Shown here piece by piece: positions 12,050 through 25,427 of a stretch of 64,000 nucleotides of DNA. A model generated the notes under the pieces. That model did not search any database. It had not been told where the DNA came from and was given only the letters and a program-made list of their open reading frames with translations. The stretch spans positions 92,630,001-92,694,000 of the forward strand of contig NW_024704743.1 of NCBI RefSeq assembly GCF_018977255.1, given 5' to 3'. Origin of the DNA: Callorhinchus milii. Its lineage: Eukaryota. The position numbers and the translations under genes are program-made. Numbering within the stretch: position 1 is the first letter of the stretch; the number at the start of each line of letters is the position of its first letter.

Positions 12050-12600
12050 GCGATGAGATTCTCAGCAGCGAAAGGTGTTTGTAACAGTGTCACATGCGTT
12101 ATCTTGCTTACAATCAGTGGCTCGAAATTCCATATACAAATAAGGTGAAAGTAAAGGGAACAATGATGGTGGGAATTGTATTTTACAGTAAAATTCCATT
12201 GTGAGTGTTTGTCCCAGAAAGCTTCCATACCTTAAGAAAGTAGTGTGGCTGATCAGGAGCTGCTTTCAGAGCGAAGCATTGGGATTTTTTTTAGCTAGCT
12301 CGATTTCTGATATATGTGTAAAAAATACCTAGGTTTTTGCATTTGTCAGACACCCTAATTGATACAAAAAATCAACCACAATTAGGTGATAATCACTAGC
12401 TGGATATTTCAACAGAACATGGCTACACATGGTTAATCCATGTGGAGCATCAAGGGTGAGGTGACAGAAGCTAAGGAAAAGGAAGCCATTTGCATCGGTG
12501 AAGGAAACATCACAGAAGAGGTGATAGCCTGCCACACAATCTGTTTGGCATTGCGTAAGCGCCATGCTCTGGTACTAAGGGACGAACCAAGTCATTGCTG
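12050..12600 (-). pseudogene. possible very old Harbinger/PIF transposase fossil
   Basis: Broken frames give QIVWQAITSSVMFPSP, LDAPH, GVSD, EAF and F.H.L.AR..VTNTF in the order expected for Harbinger motifs (IDGTH...D...GDxAF...FNxRLSxARxxVENxFG). Confidence 0.3.
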
Positions 12601-13494
12601 GAAGTCCTTACAAGATAATAATCCTTACATCTGATATAGAACCTTTCACATTGGGACAATGGCTCAAAGTGTTCAATGGACATGCTTTAAAGTGGAGTGA
12701 CTGCATTTGATGGGTGAACAAGTTGTTTATTATACAGGTGAGGGGGTGTTTACATAGCTAAAGGCAAGTTTAATACAACATGCTGATGTAGCCAGTACCA
12801 CTTTGAAACTGAGCCACACCTTTATATGTCTTCCCAGACATAAAGACTATTACAATGATGAAGCACCTTGGGTTACCCTCCTGACGTGAAAGGCACTATA
12901 TAAATGTAAATTTGTATCATATTGTATAGAACCAAAATAATAACGCCAAATCTTCCTGAACTGGCAAATGAGACCTCGGTTTAACATTTGATTTCACCCA
13001 AGAAGCATATGGTCAATTCACTTTACAGTACATTCTGTGAAGCACTTTGAGATGTCTAGAAGATGTGATAAGGCGCTATATCAAATGCAAGGATTACTAT
13101 TATTATTTTCATTCAAAGGACAGCACCTCCAACAATGCTGAAGTCTTCAGATTCTGGAGAACAGGAGGTGAATGGACGATATCTGAAGAGACAAACTTTG
13201 ATCCATCATGCAACATATCGCCACTGAACCATATCAATCAAAACAGCTCAAAGGGTAAGTGAGATGCTGGAACACCATGTGGTGAAGTAATTAACACTAT
13301 GGAAGTGAGCATTCCAAGATTCTATCCTGCATGAAAGGTGCTATATAAATACAAGTTTTTGTTGTTGAGGAGCACAAGAGTGGGAAGTGTGGCTACACAG
13401 AGTGGAACCTTCAGGGGGAGGGGGGGGGTCGAGCTGTAGTAGCTGTGTGTTGCTGGGGTGAGTGGAGATGTGATATTTCCTGAGCAAATCACCA

Positions 13495-13912
13495 ACACAA
13501 CGATGTCTCAAGGCGCTACACAGTCAAGGATGTGGAACCCGAGCGGGGGTTAGGATCATGGGGGTGTAGGGCAGGGAGGTTAGGGATGGAAGGTTGCTCG
13601 AAGGTGTAGTCAAAGAGGAGGGTCTTGAGACATGCCTTGAAGAAGGCAAGAGAGGGAGCAAGGCAAAGGGTCTGTGGGATGGAGTTCCAAGGGGTGGGGG
13701 CAGAGAAGCTGAAGGCCCAACCGCCGATGGTGGGGCAGGCCGGGTAGGAGACGTGGTGTAGGCTGGAGCCTGCTGAGCAGAGGGAGCGGACAGGTTAATA
13801 GGGGGTTAGCAGGTTATAGAAGTAGGAAGGAGCAAAGCTGTGGAGAGCCTTGAAGGTAAGGACAAGGATTTTAAACTGTATCCTCTGGGGCATGGGAAAC
13901 CCGTGGAGCCAG
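13495..13912 (-). mobile_element. L2 LINE 3' fragment
   Basis: Reverse strand encodes RIQFKILVLTFKALH...TIGGWAFSFSAPTPWNSIP. Confidence 0.9.
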
Positions 13913-14739
13913 GCATTGTTCCTCTCATTCATTTATCCTTCTTTCTTTAGAACTGTGTTGCTCACGTTCTCACTTCACTGTTTATCTTTCCTTGCTCTCC
14001 TTCCTTTCCATTGCACTTCAATTGGATTTCTCTTCTATGGTGTGTCTCTTCCTCCCATTCTCATCACTGGTTGACCTCTCACTGATATAATGCGTCACAG
14101 CACCAATGTTATTCTACCTGCAACAACGTGAGGCACCAGCACTCATTCTGGGTTGATGTGAAGAACAAATCATTCATTTTTTTGGAAAACAATAAACACA
14201 TCAAAGCACAAAGTAACATAAAATGCACAAGAAGCAAAATGTCCTTCGGCACAAATGCTGTCACATTGAATAATAACTGAGATCCTGGAAAACCACAGCA
14301 GATCAATTGGTACCTGAAAGAAAAGAATACGCGAGTGGAGTGAAACATGTGACATTTAAGAATACATTCATGTGCAATGAATCAATTATGAAATTTTAAT
14401 TTTTTCCAATCATTCCTAAACTACCACAATTCAATACAAATTCACATTTTTTATTGCATTTCACTTTGGAAAGAAGTCTAGGAAACTGAACTCCTTCCCA
14501 GCCCTGACCTTGTTGCAGTGGTTTGATCCTAAAGGTGATTTTAAGACAATTCTGCCGCCATCTTTCGCCCACAAATATAGAGACATTCACTTTACAGTAT
14601 ATTCTATGAAGTGCTTTGAGACGCCTTCAAGACATGATAAGGCGCTATATCAAATGCAAGGATTATTATTATTATCTTAGATATGGTGAAATAGGCCTGA
14701 TTTATTTTTACAATCCTATAGACAATATTATCTCTATTC

Positions 14740-14830
14740 ATTCTTTCAGAGGAAGATAAATGAAAAGGACGAACGAAGAAAGGTGGCTGGAAGGGACTCC
14801 TTCATGGACAGACAGCTCACGAGGAACAGA
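14740..14830 (+). mobile_element. possible RTE LINE 3' remnant
   Basis: KINEK..R then RWLEGTPSWT (frameshifted) resembles the RTE C-terminus GKIEGKRxRGRxRxRWLDxIxxWT. Confidence 0.3.
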
Positions 14831-16771
14831 TCGTAGACATCCAGGGAAAGAAATCAGTGCATCAACCCATTGCAGGTAACAATTTCGCAGACAAAATATA
14901 CAGTCAATGAACTTTATAGTATATTCTGTGACATACTTTGAGATGTCTCAAAGTTGTGATAAGGTGTTATATCAAATGCAAAGGTTATATTATTATAATT
15001 ATTTATTTACCACTACACATAGCATATGTGCCTAATACCGCTTGTGTATTAAAGTTTCGCCTCAGCTTTATAATGGCCATTACAAATGGGCATCTGCACA
15101 AAGAAGTCCACTAAAGCCTTGGTTACTCTTTACCTACTTTCCTCCCCAGTAACCACCGCTCCCACCCAGCCAGCACCACCCAGGATGAGTGCCTCCAGCA
15201 ACAGAGAGGGGGAGGAGGGGGATATGACAGCTAATCAAGAGTAGGGGGAGTTCTCAGAAAACAAAAAGATAATCTAATTTCCTTGCAAGACATACATATA
15301 AGAAACACAGACATAATAGATCAAGGGCTAGTTGGTTTCCGAGGACATTGCTTTGCCACAACGCAGAGTTTTTCGTTGTTATATGCCTATATTTATCTCT
15401 GTAACCTTTGATCCCAGCTATTTTCAACCAGCTCTTCTGCTGCAGAACTTATATGACACAACACCAAATGATTGTATTGGCACTTCCACACATCTATTTC
15501 TCTGAGAAAAAAACAACAATCCCAAAGCTTCCTTGAATCTTGTTCATTGTGTAGACATGTCCTCCAGTTCTTTGTTTAAAGTACAATGTAACAGTGATTT
15601 ATTCTTAACTTGTGCAAAAAAACTATTGGGCATATTATTCATTCTTTCTAGCATTTTAAATGATAGACTCATGTTATCCCTCTTAATCATTCCTGCAATG
15701 AAACCAAATTGATAACTTGGAGTGCTAAATCTGATCAATAGGATTTATGTTTGAAAATACCTTTAAATAACATGGAAAGATTTGACTGCTTATTCTAGAA
15801 TAATAAAATAATCATAGAGACCCAATTGCAAGATAAATCTACACTATCCACCTCTAATCTTGACACAATCACTGAATCAACTGTTCTGCTCCACCCCCAC
15901 AGAATATGCTTTACACAATATTTGTAAGAGTTCACATTCTCAAGCGAGTCAGGCTATGATAACTTTTGCTCTTTTAGTGCTGAAATAGTTAAAAATCTCC
16001 ATTGCAAACCTTTGATTTTGTTGATGCATTATAAATCATGTATTTTGATTATATTATAAAGCCTTATATCATTCCTAACTAATTGGGAGTAACCTTCAGC
16101 TGCAGTAAGATATTAAAGATTTACACATAAAACATAGTCACTGCACTTTATTGTAATACACGTTACTGAGAAGTGCTTTGGTATATGCTACCAGTGTGAA
16201 AGGCACTATATCAAATGTAAGGATTTTTATTAATTAATATTAACAAAATCATAATCAACATAATATATTGTACTGCAGATGAGGATTTAAACAAATGGAA
16301 CATTCTCTTGACCTTGAATACCATTTGCAAACTATGTAAATACTGCAGTCTATATACACCAAGGATCAATGATGTTACTATTTGGTTATAACATCTATTC
16401 ATTTGGTAGTTGCCTATCCCCTTCATATTGTAGCCACATAAGTGGAACTGAACTAGTTACAAAATAAAAACATTATTTTAAGTGCTGTTTTCTAACCTTT
16501 AGACTGCTGTCATTTTTAATCTACATGATTCCTGCAAAGACATTTAAAAAGAATGAACAACCTTGCATTTTGTATGGTCTTATTACATCAAAACATTTCA
16601 CAGTAATTACTATCAAGTGTAGTGACCATTTCTCACCTTCCTAATCTAACTGTACAACAATTCTGAAATTTTACCCCACCCAATATTCTGCATTAAAAAG
16701 GCTTTAACTATCTTTATATATCATCAGATACCAGATTGTGAGGGAGTTATCCAACTCCCTCACAGTGTATT

Positions 16772-16952
16772 TTGGAGGATGAAGACTCCTTAGCTATTTG
16801 CCCTCTTTCATGATCTCAAAGGTTCTCCTGTGCTATACCCTCTTGGTCTATGGCATCATCTATCCCCAGGACCATGGGCTTATGAAAATAACATTACATG
16901 ACAAGTTGCTTTCTTTCTTCACTGGCCTCTGCGTGGCCTACTCCAGCTTCCT
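16772..16952 (-). mobile_element. possible RTE LINE 3' remnant
   Basis: Reverse strand has W.GH..R and W.P traces and ends gctaaggagtcttcatcctccaa, like the RTE 'EAFILQW' end. Confidence 0.25.
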
Positions 16953-17110
16953 CATAATTATCCGACATCACATTAATCATCATGGAATTTTAAAATCCAA
17001 AATTCTGAGTGTTGATCATGATCGTGGAATCTGCATTCTTCTTATCAATGAAAGGGGTTATTCCAGAATTATATGTTACTTCTGTACAGGTGAATAACCC
17101 CTCTAAAATC

Positions 17111-17621
17111 CAACAACAGCAACAAAATTACATTTGTAAAGCACTTTTCACATTGGGAGGCCGTCCCAAGGTGCTGGACAGACAGAGTTACGGACCCGAG
17201 CTGGGGATTGGGATCGGGGAGGGTGGAGGGCAGGAGAGGAAGCAGGGAGATCGAAAGCACGAAGAGGAGGGGCTTGAGATGGGTCTTGAAGGTGGCAAGG
17301 GAGGGGACGAGGCACAGGGACTGCGGGATGGAGTTCCAGAGGGTGGGTGCAGAGTGGTGAAAGGCCAGCCTGCCAATAGTGGGTCGAGCGAATCGGGGGA
17401 CGTGAAGCAGGCCGGAGCCCGCTGAGCGGAGGGAGTGAGCAGGTTGGTAGGGGGTTAGGAGTTCGGAGAGGTAGGGGGGCAGCAAGACTATGGAGGGCTT
17501 TGAAAGTGAGGACCAGGATCTTGAACTGTATCCTCTGTGTGATGGGAAGCCAGTGGAATTGGGCAAGGATGGGGGTGATAGAGTCACGGAGCCTAGTGCA
17601 GGAGAGGATGTGGGCTGCAGA
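17111..17621 (-). mobile_element. L2 LINE 3' fragment
   Basis: SAAHILSCTRLRDSITPILAQFHWLPITQRIQFKILVLTFKALH and (caa)n tail. Confidence 0.95.
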
Positions 17622-19265
17622 GATCAAAATCAAATGGAATATGTGTTTATTGTTACTCTTTAGTGTTATTTTACTCCCAATTGCTGTCACTTTCCCAATT
17701 TTAAAGCAGTAGCATAATGCATGGAATTTCAAACCTATAAATTTTTAAGCACTTTGACGGTCTGAAAATTATGCTACTGTGATATTGAAAAATAGAATTC
17801 ATTGATGAAATTTCAATGTGAAGAAATGCAGTGCTATTTAAGAGCCCTTAGCACATAAAAGCATCTATGGAAAATTCAAATTGTTTTTTAGGCATAAAAA
17901 TAAATAGTAATAATATTATTTCTTATATTTGAGAGCCTTTCATGTGAGAAGGACATCTCAAAGTTCTTCACACTTTGTAGCGTATAGTGTAGTGACAACA
18001 TTTTGTAGGCAAACATGATAGCTAATATGCACACATTAGCGTCCATGAAGTGAATGCCCAATTTTATTTGGGGGATAGTTGGTCAAGTAACCAGGAAAAA
18101 TTCTCTTAAGATAAAGACAGTAAAAAATAAAGATCTTGAAACCAACCTTTGTTTATGTGTACCTTTTTTACTCTTCTTGTTAAAGTGTAATCTATATATG
18201 GAAACATCATTTTAAAATGGAATATGATTCTAACATTCATAATTTTAATTGGTAAATAATCCTACGTTGGTTTGGATTCATGAGTTAGAAACAGCACTTT
18301 GATAATGAGAAACAGAAATTCTAAATAAAAACATACAGTGTTTCTTCAGATATCTGAGATACACAGCTTGAATGCACCAATCAGCGATTTTCATTTTCAA
18401 TAAAAAACCTTTCCAAAAATAAAATTACATGCGAAATGTGTCCTGTAAGTTCCGAATACTGTAATTTGTAAAGTAAATGATGCAAGCCATGAAGTGAATT
18501 AAACTTTACTTGGTGTATTCCTATTAACAGAACATTGCTTGATATTGTTACTTCAGAATGAATTATCAATAAAATCAATTTACAAATATCACTGCAGCAT
18601 TAATTTCATACTGTGAAGATTGTAGTTAATGTTGATATTTTGAGTTCACTTAAATAATTAAATAAAATAACAATAACAGCTCTGTTTTTGAGGGATAGTG
18701 GAAAACTATGCTATGAAGTGGTACATTCATGTTGTAAGACATTATCGATCAATTTCTCTCTTATGCATTGTATAAAGAGGAAAGGTTATGTCTTCAGAAA
18801 ACTGTGGCACTAATGTGACTATTGATATCTATGAGGTGTCAGAATGTATTTCATTATCTGTAGGAACCATGGTGTTCATGTTTCGCCAGAAAAATAATTA
18901 ACACAAGGAATCCGCTATCAAACATCACTAATTTCTTACTGTTTGATAATTAATGCCACCCTTGCCCCACTTGCCTACTGACCATCCCACCAACTCACAT
19001 TACAATTCACATATCACATTGTCCTGAAACCATGTGTGGACCATGGGTTTCACTAATGAATTAGAGGCAGCAAATGATATTAGGTATTAAAGCACATCAT
19101 CGTTTTACTCATTGTGCAATAGGTTCATCTGCCTATTGAACTACTGTCTGTTACTGTCACTACAACTGCAAAGTTAGGTTCTTGTGATTTCAATTTTTAA
19201 ATTAACTGATACTCAATTGAGGAATAATATTTTATTCAGTTTCCCTGGCGACAAGTTAAGAGCAC

Positions 19266-19571
19266 AATAATAATAATAATAATCCTTGCATTTGATATAG
19301 CGCTTTTCACGTCTTCTAGACATCTCAAAGTGCTTCACAGAATATACTGTAAAGTGAATTAACTGTATATTTGTGGGCGAGTTGCGCACAGCGATGTCCC
19401 ACAAACAGTCGTAGATTAAAAATGACCAATTTATTATTGTTTTTTGTTTGGGAGGGATTATTATTAGGCGTGTGGAGTAAGGAAACTTGCCCAAAGTTTC
19501 GCCCTGCCTGGAATTGAACCCTGTTGTCTCACTTGCAAAGCGAGTGCTCTAGCCGCTGAGCTACAGACTCC
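19266..19571 (-). mobile_element. full tRNA/Deu SINE
   Basis: Reverse complement of the 5811-6200 family with head and (taa)n tail. Confidence 0.93.
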
Positions 19572-19618
19572 ACTAGTCCCATGGATTTCAGTGATATGGT
19601 TTGTAGTTATTTTCAATG

Positions 19619-19666
19619 AACAACAACAAAAACAACTTGCATTTATATAGCACCCTTCACGCCAGG
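19619..19666 (-). mobile_element. L2 3' tail fragment
   Basis: caacaac...ttgcatttatatagcacccttcacgcc, same type as 23881-23920. Confidence 0.75.
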
Positions 19667-19668
19667 TA

Positions 19669-20273
19669 CACTTCCACATGTATGCGGACGACACCCAACT
19701 CTATTTTTCCATCTCACATTGCGATCCCCAGTCCCCTGATGTTCTGTCAGCCTGCCTGTCTGACATCAGGAGCTGGATGAGCATGAATTTCCTTCAGCTG
19801 AATGTTGACAAAATGGAAATCATACTCTTTGGCTCTCGTCAACATCTAAAATCACATGGTTCTCATCTCCTCCACCTACCCAACCTCCCCCTAAAACTCT
19901 CCGAACCCGTACGCAACCTAGGCATCAGGTTCAACCCCCAATTATCCTTCCTCCCCCACATCCAGTCCCTCACCAACATTGCTTTCTTCCACCTCCGACG
20001 CATCGCCTGTCTCTGCCAACACCTCACTCCAAAAGCGCTGAAACACTGCTCCATGCCTTTGTCACCTCTCGGCTGGACTATTCAAATGCCCTCCTCGCCG
20101 GTCTCCCTCCACTACCATTCATAAAATCCAGGTCATCCAAAACTCTGCCGCCCGCATTCTCACCCGTACAAAACTCCACTCCCCGATAACCCCAGTCCTT
20201 GCCAGACTGCACTGGCTGCCTGTCCCAGAGAGGATCGACTTCAAGATCCTCACTCTTGTCTTCAAATCCCTCC
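19669..20273 (+). mobile_element. L2 LINE internal RT fragment
   Basis: MYADDTQLYFS...CLSDIRSWMSMNFLQLN..K...RNLGI...LHWLPVPERIDFKIL. Confidence 0.95.
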
Positions 20274-20724
20274 GGATTGAATCGGATTGAATCAAATCGG
20301 TTTGAATCAATAACATACACTGGCAAGTGTAATTTAATGCAGCGGTAAGTGTGCATGTCTGTCACTGCAGCCGGTAAGTGTGCATGCAGTGATGAGTTAA
20401 GACTACATTTTACATGATTCACCTGTCTTCACCTGTCACCACATGCGCACTTACTGGCAAACAACGGAATCACATTGAATCGCAGAAAATAAAGTTCTTC
20501 TGCGCATGCGTCGAGGATCAAGGTTATGTTTCCTGTGATTGAATGTAGCCGGCTAGTAGTGTCCATGTGTCGATGGGTCAGGACATCATTTCCTGCAATT
20601 ACAGCCTCTGGTAAGCACGGGAGTAATGGAGGGGAGCAGCGTTACGAGTTAGAAGGTGAGTAATACAGGTAGTGCAAAGAAATCTAAGTGGTTTTGATAA
20701 AAAAACTGAATGGGACGGGTGAAA

Positions 20725-20840
20725 AATAATAATAATAATTATCCTTGCATTTGATATAGCGCTGGTTGGGTCTTCTAGGCATCTCAAAGCGCTTCAAGAA
20801 TATGCTGTAAAGTGAATTGACTGTATATTTGTGGGCGAAA
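20725..20840 (-). mobile_element. SINE 3' fragment
   Basis: (aat)n tccttgcatttgatatagcgc...gtgaattgactgtatatttgtgggcgaa. Confidence 0.85.
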
Positions 20841-20909
20841 CATATAACTTAGGTGTTTATGCAATTTACAAAGATAAGACTTATGTGAGTTTTATTGTAG
20901 TGGCTATAT

Positions 20910-21340
20910 GTTTCAAAGCACTTCACAGCGTGTCTGCACAGAGTAGAGTTTATGTATTAGTGTTTGAACACAACAGCCAATTTGGCGCACAAACAGTCAC
21001 AAATTCCATGAACAATTTTTATTTAGAGGATTGTTAGCCAGAACACTGAGAGAAATTTATTTGCCTTTTCAAATAGCGCCATGGGATCTTTAACATACAA
21101 TACAACACAAAATTACATTTTCTTCACAATGGGAGGATGTCCCAAAGCACTGGACAATCAGGGACATCCACCTGAATAAGCAGACAGTTTCTCTGTCAAG
21201 ACAGGTGCAGTCTTTCCTCGTTCAAAGGACAGCACTTCTGACAATGCAATGCTCCTACAATACTGCATTGAGTGTCAGTCAAAAATTTGAGTTTAAATTT
21301 GCTTGAATGCACAACTTACTGACTCAGAGGTGAGAGTGCA
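20910..21340 (-). mobile_element. older Deu-domain SINE interrupted by an L2 tail (about 21100-21162)
   Basis: cagccaatttggcgcaca, gccatgggatctttaacat|...|acatccacctgaa, ctgactcagaggtgagagtgc. Confidence 0.7.
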
Positions 21341-22282
21341 GAGGTGAGTTTGCATCTATTTTCCCTAACATGGATGGAGAGGCTGCGTTCATATTCTGAC
21401 CTAGTCTAAGGAGATTAATGCTGGATTCAGATCACAACTTTAAGTTTACTTTGCAAATACCTGAATTTAGAAATCTCTAAAGGTAAGTTTGGAAAAATCT
21501 AACTTCTTGCTTCCATGAGTTAGCTACAGAGCACTGGTCAATATTTCCCTCCTTTCACACAAGCCGAGAGTACAGTGTGATTATTGGCCTTTCAACAGAT
21601 AATAACTCTTGCGCTATCATCTTTCATCTTAATAAGCACAAAAACTTTACATAAGAATTGAATTATCTTTCATTTTCCCCTCAATACAGCAAAACAATAT
21701 ATTGGATATGCATTTTAATGACTAGAAATATCTGAGACAATTCTTTTTTATGTCAATAAGTGCTGACATTTCTGAATCTAAAGCAGATATCAAACTCTAT
21801 CCTTCTTTTATTTGTTATTAAAGAGCAATTAATAGCAAATTGATTGATTGGGAAGTACTAATATGAGGCAAAGTCAGAGTCTTGTCCTCAGTTCATCGCC
21901 ACAGTGCAAACTAAAGTGAATTATGAACATGATTTTGTAATACCTTGTAGTCTGGTTCCTAATATAAAAACGACAACAGTCAGCAATACTGTGTGTTAAT
22001 GTGTTTGGCACATATAATGCATTTGATATTAGCAGAGCAGTGTCAACTAGAATTTTCCTTTTTAGGGTAGATTTTTCAATTGTTATATTTTTAACCCTTT
22101 CTTGAAGCCTTTTATCTGGTCCTTGACTAAGTCCACATTCCTCCATGTCCTCAACAATCACCACCATCATCTGCATCTCACCCACATTGCAGTCCATACC
22201 CTCCTCATTGCCTCAACTCTCCTCAAGACCCAGTTCATCGTGAACTCCTCACCTGGCTACCCTGACCAAGTAGTTATGCTTT

Positions 22283-22548
22283 ATCCCGAGTAGGGTGAAA
22301 TGTTGGGCAAGTTTCTTTACTCCACATGCATCTGTTTACCTAGCAGAAAGTAGGAACCTAGTTGTTAGTCGATTGGTGGATCATTTTTCCTGGGGTAATA
22401 ATTCCTTAAAACAAAATTGGTCACTCAATCTAGGATTGTACGTGGGAAACTGCTGTGCACAATTGGCTGCTGCAATTTGCCCACAGACGTCTCAAAGACG
22501 TGATAAGGTGCTATATCAAATGCAAGGATTATTATTATTATTATTATT
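22283..22548 (+). mobile_element. tRNA/Deu SINE, long-linker variant, 5'-truncated
   Basis: ttgggcaagtttctttactccacatg + ctgtttacctagcag..gtaggaacc linker + Deu core + tail. Confidence 0.85.
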
Positions 22549-23880
22549 TGTATGACTGTTTGGTGAGTATCAGTGGATCCAGCAATATTGTGCTCAATTG
22601 TGTCTTCACCAGATATTTGCTATGACCATCTGCAGAATGAATCAATGGTAGTGAGCCAGAATGGGAAACTGGGAAGATATTTCTCTGCCTGGACTGAAGA
22701 TAAGACAAATTATGTTTCTTCCTTTCTCCTCGCCATCAAGGTCTTGGCTGTAATGAGTTATCTCAGGACAGACCATAGATCAAAAATGGGAGCTAGATGT
22801 CTCAGACCAGCACTGTGTGATGCATTTATCTACTGAATTACCATGGAGGTAGGTTATTCTTACAGGATTTATTAATTTCAAGTAAAAATGCTATTTGTAA
22901 CATATTGAAATTATGCAGATTAAAAAGTAATAAAGGTCTGATGATTGACAGAGCTGCAGAATAAATTGGAATGATTGAACTGTAAGTAGATTGTAATTGA
23001 TACAAATGGAGTAACATTTTCAATATTTCATATTGCATTCCTTGTGATAACTATCACACTAAATTAACAAAAGACACAAGATGTAAGCTACCACAAGTTT
23101 CACCCAGAGTAAGATATTGTTTTGGGCATTACAAAATGTCAACATTACAAAGATGTAACACAATTAAGTAAAGAATCTTTATTGTTTATTTGGTCTTTTT
23201 TCTCCACTTTCAGTCAACATGATAGAGAGAACATACTAGAGTGTTATATAAATAGAGAGAATGGGAGAGACAGACAGTCAAAGAAAGACAGAGTGCTTTA
23301 AATACAGTGTGCCAGACAGGTTTAATGTGTGCCGAACACCTGGCTGACCAAAAGTACCCTCAGACGTATTTTGTTAAATATATACAGTCCAATTTTCACT
23401 TTGAATTTGGTTGAATTGCAAAATAAAATACTTAAGAATTAAAATATTGGTGCTGGGACCCTCAGAGAAACAAAGCATTTATTTGGGCTTAATGTTTCCG
23501 AGTCCCCCTCCCTATTGCAATATTGATAAAGTGACTAAATACAGTCTAGCCTACTGAAGTAGCACCTAGGGAATGTAAATAATTGCTCAGAGCCAAGCCA
23601 TCTCAAGCTGTTTGAAGTCTATTTTTAATTTGATTTTCCTTTTATTCTTAAAGAATGAATTGAAAGAATATTTAGCCTCTGTGTTTGGCTGAAATATTTT
23701 GTATTGAGTTTAATTATACTAAATATACACATATAATTCAGTAATTGGATAAACATTGTGAAGCTGTGGTTTCATTTATGACCAAAATATAACTTACCCA
23801 AAGCAAAATTGACATAACAAAACAACAATGGGTCCGAAACAGATTATCCAGTGCCTTGGGATGTCCTCCCAATGTGAAAG

Positions 23881-25079
23881 AACAACAACAACTTGGATTT
23901 ATATAGCGCCCTCCACGCCGGACAGCGTCTCAGAACGCTTCACAGTAATGGATCCCGGGGCCGAGCCAGGGGGAGTGGGAAGAAGGTGACCAAAGAAGAA
24001 AGTCAAAAAGAAAGGTCTTCAGCCAAGAACTGAAAATAGGAAGAGAGGGGGCGAGGCGAAGGGAGTGAGGAAGGGAGTTCCAGAGCCTCGGGGCATAGTG
24101 GCTGAAGGCACGGCCGCCAATGGTGGAGTGGAGGAGGCGAAACCCGGTGGAGCAAAGGCAACGGGCACTGTTGTGAGGACAGAGGAGGTCAGCGAGATAG
24201 GGGAGTGCAGAGGAGTGAGAGATTTGAAGACAAGGGTGAGAATCTTGAGGTCGATCCTCTCTGGGACAGGCAGCCAGTGCAGTCTGGCAAGGACTGGGGT
24301 AATCGGGGAGCAGAGTTTGGTGCGGGTAACAATGCCGGTGGCAGAGTTTTGGATGACCTGGGTTTTATGAATGGTAACGTAGGCGAATACTCCAGACGAG
24401 AGGTGACAAAGGCATGGACCAGGGTTTCAGCAGCTTTTGGAGTGAGGTATTGGCGGAGACGGGCGATGTGTTGGAGGTGGAAGAAAGTGGTACTGGTGAG
24501 TGACCAGATGTGGGGAGGAAGGATAATTGGGGTTCGAACCTGATACCTAGGTTACGTACAGATTCAGAGAGTTTTAAGGGGAGGTCGGGTAGGTGGACGA
24601 GATGAGAACCATGCGATTTTAGACAATGATGAGAGCCAAAGGGTATGGCTTCCATCTTGATAATATTTAGCTGAAGGAAATTCACGCTCATCCAGCTCCT
24701 GAGATCTGACAGGCAGGCTGACAGAACATCAGGGGATTGGGGGTTCCAAAGTGAAGTGGAAAAATAGAGTTGGGTGGAAGTGTACCCCATGTCTGCAAAT
24801 GACATCCCCAAGAGGGAGCATATAGATTAGGAAGAGGAGGGGGCCAAGGATGGATCCTTGGGGTACCCCGCAGGTAACCGGGTGAGAGTGGGAGGAAAAG
24901 CCGTTTGTGCAGATGTACTGCTGGTGGTTCATGATGTAGGACTTGATCCAAGTGAGTGCAGTCCCACTGAGGTGGATGACTGATGAAAGGTGGTGGAGGA
25001 GGATGGCGTGATCGACTGTGTCGAAAGTGGCGGAGAGATCCAGGAGGACAATGAGGCAGAGGGAGCCCTGGTCACAGAT
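23881..25079 (-). mobile_element. 5'-truncated L2 LINE
   Basis: LLDLSATFDTVDHAILL...GVPQGSILGPLLFLIYMLPLGDVI on the minus strand; (aac)n tail at 23881. Confidence 0.95.
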
Positions 25080-25121
25080 AGGTGCTATACAAATGTAATT
25101 TTGTTGTTTTGTTATTGTTGT
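25080..25121 (+). mobile_element. L2 3' tail fragment
   Basis: aggtgctatacaaatgtaattttgttg... Confidence 0.75.
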
Positions 25122-25129
25122 AGTTAAGT

Positions 25130-25400
25130 GGTCCAACTTGACCTTTTTTTATCCAAACAAACTAGTTGCCTCAAACAAAATCAATTGGATTAGACAAACA
25201 AGATTTCCCTTTTATGAATCCGGTTACTGTCTCTGATCCATTTACTCATCTTCAGATGTTTGTGAATTTTCTTCCTTTAAAATCGATTTCTTAAATCGAT
25301 TTATTTTTTCCCAACACAGACGTGAGACTACCTGGTCTATAGTTCCCAGGTTTATCTTGAGATCCCCCTTTTGAAGTTAATCATGACATTTGCTATTATG
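25130..25400 (-). mobile_element. degraded CR1 RT fragment
   Basis: Reverse strand retains GNYRPGSLTSV(L)GK and GFIKGKSCLSN. Confidence 0.75.
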
Positions 25401-25427
25401 ACTTGATTCCTTCAGAGGACATACTTT

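Noticed and set aside
14750..14875. Internal coding exon (good AG/GT sites)
   Set aside because: All three frames contain a stop when read from the acceptor, and the sequence resembles an RTE remnant.
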